Shown here piece after piece: positions 56,912 through 64,000 of a stretch of DNA of 64,000 nucleotides. Source of the DNA: Flectonema sp. DT1601. Its lineage: Eukaryota. Both the position numbers and the translations under genes were made by a program. The notes under the pieces were generated by a model that did not search any database, was not told where the DNA came from, and saw nothing but the letters and a program-made list of their open reading frames with translations. Numbering within the stretch: the stretch's first letter is position 1; each line of letters opens with the position of its first letter. The DNA lies in NCBI GenBank assembly GCA_964019425.1, contig OZ025792.1, positions 682,001 to 746,000 on the forward strand, read 5' to 3'.

Positions 56912-59900
56912 ATACTACATCATAACAACTACTACGATTCGGACTTGAATTCGTCGAATACCAATAACTTTTCCCAGCCATACGAGGGGTAGGGACGCAC
57001 AGATATGGAAAAAAAAAAAAGAAAAATATTACAATAAGAAAAAAGCTATTAAAAAAACTCGTGGGTAGGTTTTCTTTACGGACGCAATCTTCCCATCCCC
57101 ATGGTCAGACGGAACGCGTTTTTTTTTTTTTTTTTTTCCTCTTTCATCTTTTTGTACTTAACAAGAGCATTGCTACTCCACTTTAGTAATGGAGTACGTC
57201 TTTGCAATCGCTTAATAGACTCTTCCGTCAAGTAGTAAAAAATAGTTTTTAAAAACATTTTTTGAAACCTTTTTGAAACCGGGGAGGGGAGAAAGGAGGA
57301 GTTAAACGCTTGAAAGATATTCAAGACTTGTGAACATACAAAAGAAAGAAAGAAAAAAAGAAAAAAAAATGAAGACAAAAAAAAAAAAAAAAAAAAAAAA
57401 AAAGAAACAGATTAAATAAAAATAAAGTATCATTTTAGTGTATCAAATGCCTTTAGAAGTTTGTAAGTCGGCCAATTAATTATTTTCGCGAACTGAATTA
57501 TTTGAGTTTTTTTTCCCCTCCCCTTTTCTTTCGTATATAAGTCATCTTTTGATTAGATTTCTCTACTCGTCTTTGTCTCTTTGGAAGGGAGTGATGCTGT
57601 TTGTATCCTTTCTCCGACATATTCTGTTTCAGTTAGTCGAGTGTTATTTTATTTTTCTTTTTTTTAAAGCAAACCTGATTCGGAAAGAAAAAAAAAAATT
57701 AAGGTTTTTTTTTGGTGGAATTTATCCTATGATCTGCCAGCTATTTCTATTATTTTTCGTATTATCTTTCCTCCTTCCCGATTACCTTGACGTTCATATT
57801 TTCTTTTATTATTTTATTATTTTATTTATTATTTTCTTTCCTTAACCGGCAATAAAGGTTGACGCCATCACATATTGGCCCCAAGGAGTGAGGGGGTTAC
57901 CCGAATGTACTTTTTGTTATTCTTTTTTTTAAATATTTTTTATATCATTTTTTTATTGCCGACAACCCTCTGTGTGTGTGTAGGGGGTGTAAAAATAGTT
58001 AGTCGCGTGTAGTCCTTTCTAGCTCATATTCTAGCCGGATTGCGGTTTCGTGGCCGAGCGTGGAATTAGGGAAGGAAGAAAAAAAAAAACAGCACCAACA
58101 ACGAGGGAATTAATGGTGAAAATATACAACGGGACGGTAATAGACGCGCTCTATGAACCATATGTTATGGCGAGACTAGTGGAGGAGGTGAAGGGGGAAA
58201 AAAAAAAAAAAAAAGAAGGGAAAAAATGTTTTGAAAATAATTTGCTGACGCAACTGTTTCCACACTACTAGCCTCACGTACACTTTAACAATTCACAAGT
58301 AAGTCATTCTAGTGAAACATCAGATCTTTGTCTTTATTAAAAAAATCAAAAAAAAAAATAATAATACCAATAATATCACATGCGGCGCTTTACAATTAAC
58401 GAAATTAAAGTATTTTCCCCGAAAAGTTAACCACCACAATACAGCAACAATTTTTTTAAAAAAAAAAAAATTGTTGTACTTTTTTTTTTTTGTTCCGGGT
58501 CGGAGGTTGGTTTTTGATTACCATCCATGTGAGTCTTACTATTTATTACAAGAAATGAATGTTTTTAAATACCAACTCATGATTGCGATGTACCCTATAA
58601 ATAGGGTGCATCGTCTTTCTTCCGACTTCTCTCTCTCTCTTTCTCTCTCTCTCTCTCAGCGGTATTGGGTTGTGTTGTCGTTCAGTAAATACTTTAGTTG
58701 TAATGGTATCGAAAGTCGACAAAAATTGTCGAAGTGATTTCTTGTTGAGTAGAATCATGGACTAAAAGTCCTCTGAAAGCAAACGGATCAACTCAGTACT
58801 TTAGGATTGACCTGATCTCGTTGTCTCTCAGTTTGTTATCTTTCCAACATCCTAAACCCCGGTGTCGACTTCAGAAGATACTTTCGTGTTATTTCTTGTC
58901 AGTTATGTAATGCAGTTGATTAAAAAATTAGCCTCGCTGCTGTACACGCTGGTGTTTTGCGATGCTTGTTTTTATCTTTTCTTTCTTTATTATTATTATT
59001 ATTATTTTCTCTTTTCAACTACTAAATATTTCACGGAAAAATAAAAAAGAAAAAAAATGAACATACCAAAAAAAGTGCGATCTTTTATTCTCACTAAAGT
59101 GGGAACTCAATCCAGCAGTTAGCGTCACATGAATCTTAGTCAGCGCCAACCCGTTTTTCAACCTAACACAAAGTGATTCCATGGTTCGTGTTTGGTTGTT
59201 AGGTCCTTTTAATTTCCTATTTGATTTTCCTTTCAGTGATGAAAAGGAGGGGGGGGGAAAAAAGAAAACTGAAAACTTTTTCGTCTGTCATCCCTTCTAT
59301 GTTATCCCCGTCAACCGTATCATAAATTACTAAAAATTTAAATTAGTTAACTTTTGATCCATAACCGTAAAGACATATTTATGTCTTTATAAATATATTT
59401 TTTACCCTATTCAAGTTGACTTTATATTAAATTACAGTACGTGTTAAGTTACCCCCCACTGACTCAATTGTGTTGTTGGTTTTCAAAAAAAGTTTGATTT
59501 TTTTTTCTTTTTCTGGTTCTCTTATCTGATCCCTTTCCCTAAAAGCAATTGTTTATTTGTGTGGAAGGTTGGGGTGATTAAAAAAAAAAAAAAAAATCCT
59601 CCTACATATATTCTCGGGGGGGGGTTTTTTTTTTTTAAGTCAAGTACTTGATATTAATTTTGTATTAATACGTAAAGTTGTTCAGGTTTTTACATTGTCA
59701 AAAAGTTTCACCTACTCGGATTAACCTTATTACGTGTTTAGTATTATGAGGTTTGTTATTATTTCTACATCGTCAAAACATCACTCCCCTTCGGATTTTT
59801 TTTTAACCTTTTTTCTGTAGCTGCTTAGCTTTAAGTCGATCACTTGCACAGCCGAAGCTATAAAACTACAATCTTCGCGATTGGGTCCTTACTGATGTCG

Positions 59901-62900
59901 GGCTACCCAGAGACTCCCTCGTTGTCATCAGTTCGGTATTTCGCTACCTAGCTAATGCAAGATAATATTTACGCACAGACAAGGATCTCCATTTCCTTTC
60001 CTTTTTTTTTTTTTTTTTTTAATATAGTCGGGTAATATGGAACTGTTACAGTGGGCTTCCCAGAAGTTTTGGCTTTCCTGACTTCCGAGAGAAAAAAAAA
60101 AAAAAAAAAAACTGCTGCGTCTTGTTGTCTTTGTTGTTACGTGTTGTCGTCTCTCGCGTTATGAAGTTGTTGATACGAAAACAAGGTTAGCTTACGGTCT
60201 GATCACTTTTCTTTTTTTACTACTATTTTCTCCGTTCCTTTTTGTTTGAGGGAATTCAGAATATGTTTGTTGCTCACAGTTTGGAGTATGATTTTTTTTT
60301 CTTCTTGTTTTGTGTAATTTAAAAAAGCCGAATTTCATTATTTACTCCACACGACGGTATTGTTGCAGTTTATTTTAATTTTCTTTTTTTTAACAGTCCT
60401 GCTAGTGTTTTCATAATTTCTTTTTTTTTGTGTCTCAACTAGAAGGAAAAAGAAAAATAAATAAATAACGCGGAACAATCTTTCTTTGAAAGAAAAATTG
60501 GTTAGAAGGTATAATTTTTTTATTATTATTGTGCGAGACATTTCACATAAAAAATCTTCCTCAACAACATTCCATCAGTGAAAGGAAGGAAAAAATTAAA
60601 AAAAAAACAAATAAACAAAACAAACAAATAAAACATACGTAACACAAGCGATTGGCTTTCCCTCTGGGACATGTATTCCTTTGTTGCATGACTTTGCTTT
60701 GTTTCTGCTATCCACCACCTGTGCTAGCGTGCTCCTTCTCATAAAACCTTTTTTTTCCCCCCCTCTTATTTTTTTCTCTCACCCCTCCTTTCTGAGTTGC
60801 TTTTCGGAGGCAAAAAGGAAAAGGAAGGGGGGGGGGAAAAAAAAAAGTCACAAGTGAGCTACGTCTTGTATTTGGGTATTATCACGAGAAAAAATATTTT
60901 GTTTAAAAAAAAAAAAAAAGTCGTTCTTTTTTTCTATTGTGGGTATAATAAAATAAGAAGTGTATTTTCTTTTCTCTTTTTTCTTTAATTGAAATTTGAT
61001 AACTGCAAAAATAATTTTTATAAATAGGCTACTCAAAGGTGATTAACTGCACACAAGGAAGAGAGTGGGAAAATTAAAAAAAACAAAACACAAAAAAATG
61101 TAAAGGACGATTGTGTTGAGCTTCTTTTGGTACGTTTTGACTAGCCTGCAATCCTTTCTTTGCCTTACGCAATTAATGGAGATCTTTCCAAGGTTGGAGT
61201 TCTTGGGGACAGCCATCCTTTCATCCAGTGAATTGTTCTTTTCTCGCCAAGCCTTGTCGTTTTTCCGCCCTGTAGTCTTAACCACCACGATTCCTCTCGT
61301 CGACTTCAATATTATATAAAACTGTTATTTGCTGGTTTCGAAAAAAATACTCAGAACTGTTTTTACCAGTAAGTTGCTGTTTGCGAACTTTTTTTTTTTT
61401 TTTTTTTTTTGTGTAACGCTGCAGTCTTAACCTGCATTTTTTGTTTCCCGTTTTTTTTAAAAAAAAAAAAAAAAAAAAATTTGCTCAGAACACCCTAGCT
61501 GCTGTTGTGGTTTGTGAAAGCTGTGACTACATTTTCAGTAGTATTGTGTTTCCTTTCCTTTTTTTTTTTGTCACTTTGTTTATTTTCATCATCCCTTTCG
61601 TTCAAGTTTGTTGCGAGAAAAAGAGAAAAAAAAAAAAAAAAAAGAGAATGAGGAGATAACAGCGTTTGTATCGACCTTTGTCGTTGGAACAATTTATGTC
61701 TTTTTTGTTGGCAAGAGTCCTCTACGCGAAGAATTGTTAAATTAGCAAAGAAAAATTACGAACTTGACCATATCCGTTTTTTCATTTTATTCTTCCTCTT
61801 CCTTTTTCCGCTCCTCATCACCTCGTCAGATAAGAAACGAATACTTGACGTCATTGCGTGGACATTCGGTCACACGCAGGTTGTCTTTTTTTATTTTTCT
61901 CATCCGCGATGCGGTTTCTTTTTTCTGCATCTCGGTCTTGTCTGTTACGAAAATATTATTTTTTTTATTCTGAACCCATTTTTTTTTTATTGCTGTTTAA
62001 TTATTTGAGAGTGGTGTCGAATGGATGAGTACCTCGGGGTCCTCTCCAGTAGTTTGACTTCCCTGACTCTTATCTAAAAATAAATATTGGTGGTACTTTT
62101 TGTGCTCAATGCTTACAGGTAAATGTGTCAGACTATAAACGATTTGTTTTTTTTCTTCTTTTTTCCGTAGATTATGGTGCGTACCAATGTGACGAAAACG
62201 TATTTCTTAAGGCATTTGACGAAATGATAGGAATTCTTTGTTTTAGTGAGATGGTTCGCCAAGGAGGAGGGATGGTGGGGGGGAGATGAACCCATTCCTG
62301 CTGATTAGACTTGACGTGGAGGTAACCTGGCAAGATTGAAACATTAGTTTCAGAAATGCACAAAAAAATAAATAAATAAAAAAAAAATGTTTTCAAAACA
62401 TGTTTTAACTCTTTCTCGTAGTTTCTTTATGCAGAGTCGCCCTTCGCCAAAAGGAGCACCTCTCGCGGATAGGACTGCAAAAACGAAATAATCTGAAGCT
62501 ATCTTGTCATCCTTTTTTATTCATCCCTTCCAAAAAGAAAACAAAAAAAAGAAAACAAAACAAAATAATAATTTTTAATGAGGGATTTTCTGTGTGTGCA
62601 ATCCTGGTATTAGTATTTTTCTTGAACTGAATTTAGTACCCTTCTAGGCTCGCGATACATGAATAGATAAATACTATAAATCTAGCTTGCAATGGGAACT
62701 TGCTGCTGTAACTCTCACTTTCTGCTGTGAAAGCTCTGCAGAAAACACCGAATGAATTATGAATGTTTATATTGGTTTTTTTTTTTTAAAATATATTTTT
62801 TTATTTTAAAAATTCCTACATTTTTTGCGGTGTGTTTTTGCTTTACCTTTTTTTAGTCAAAAAAAAAAAAACTGTCTCATAAAAAATTACTAATTTTTTT

Positions 62901-62969
62901 TTTATTTTTTATTAGTTATTATTGATACAACATAATATATTTTCATATCCTCGTAAATATGCTCAAAGA

Positions 62970-63352
62970 GTTAACCCCCCGTATGCCAGCCTTTCTTCTA
63001 TTCTTCTCAAGTACATAATGGCTTTTTTTATAAACATTATAACAAAGCAACTACATCCTAGTCTTGCTAACTAAGATGCTTCAGTCACAATAGATGATTG
63101 AATTACTTCTACACCATAACTGATGAGAGAAAATAGAGGTAGGAGGTATATGGATTACTCTCGAAACCTAATAGTTACTTTAAAAGGCTAAGTTAAGCAT
63201 CACACCTAGCCACTGTATCTAAAACTAATGTTAAATTATCGTTATGTTGTTTATGATACAATACATTTGTATTTTACGTACAAAATCAAATAGTTAACCC
63301 CCCTCGTATCCCAGCCTTTCTTTCTTCTATTCTTCTCAAATACATAATGGCT
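62970..63352. repeat. Pair of ~55-60-bp imperfect direct repeats (~62970-63023 and ~63293-63352)
   Basis: GTTAACCCCCC..GTAT.CCAGCCTTTCTTCTATTCTTCTCAA.TACATAATGGCT occurs twice. Confidence 0.75.
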
Positions 63353-64000
63353 ATATTCATTGGGACATAGTTTCGTGGACAGGCTACTTGTAGCGGTCTT
63401 GATAAAGACAAAGTAAAAAAAAAAAAGAAAGAAAAGAAGTATTATTTTTGCAGAGGACGGGCCACTAGATTTCCTCCGAACCGCCTTCGTCGTCGTAATC
63501 TCACATTTTGATGGGGCGGAATGGATTTCTGGCGCTCAACTTACCATTGTTTATTTCTTCCTTAATAATGAATGATGATAAAGTCTGCACGCTTTCTTTT
63601 TTTGTGTCGATGATGATATTTCGAGTTCTCAAATTTATTTTTCTTTTTCTTCCTCTTATATATATTATCAGAAACCCTCAAAGAGCTACATTACTTCCGC
63701 GCTTGAGTTTCGCAGCTTGGATACTGTCCCCTGAGGAAGCATTGAAAAAGTAATTATCATTTCCTTAAGTGGAAAAAAAAAGAAAGGGTCAGTTGTTTAT
63801 TCTAACATGAATAAAAAAATGACTAATTTTTTTTTTTTTTTTTTGCCTTCTTGTATTTAATTGTATTAAAAAAAAAACAATACCTTCTTTGCACTTCGGC
63901 AGGTGCGTCTTGCTTGCTACGTATTTACTGGTCTTGTTCTTTACCTCCTCCTCTTTTTTTTTTTTTCTTTACTCTTTATTTTTATGTTTCTGCGCTATAC

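Noticed and set aside
59850..59940. Minus-strand CCGAA-CTGATGA as a hammerhead or C/D snoRNA
   Set aside because: No GAAA after the candidate stem II and no terminal box D.
62171..62290. Possible exon after a polypyrimidine-AG acceptor
   Set aside because: Short frame with no recognisable homology and no supportable partner exons.

Overview
AT-rich eukaryotic (protist) genomic window. It is probably euglenozoan, possibly a diplonemid, judging from the 18S fragments, the uniform + strand gene orientation, short GT-AG introns and a small C-x-H-N-x-W-D-N zinc protein; this assignment is inference. Single-copy genes flank the window. On the left are an FKBP-like gene, a CDIN1/C15orf41-like gene, a hypothetical gene and an aldo-keto-reductase-like gene. 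On the right are a DEAH-box helicase and a small zinc-finger gene. Between them (about 6.2-54.1 kb) lies a roughly 48-kb tandem array of an unrecognised type-I membrane protein family: 8 full-length genes, 1 truncated copy and 2 headless 3' fragments. Each protein has a signal peptide, a nearly invariant 6-Cys N-terminal domain, a hypervariable modular Ser/Gly(Trp/Asp) repeat stalk, a TM helix and a short tail. The array is bounded by a 47-bp direct repeat and has collinear 18S rRNA fragments near each end. Its spacers are a patchwork of conserved hairpin modules, degenerate type-I hammerhead-ribozyme-like motifs, a tRNA-Met-like insertion and a decayed Cys-rich transposon-like ORF. The last ~7 kb is gene-poor and rich in poly(A/T).
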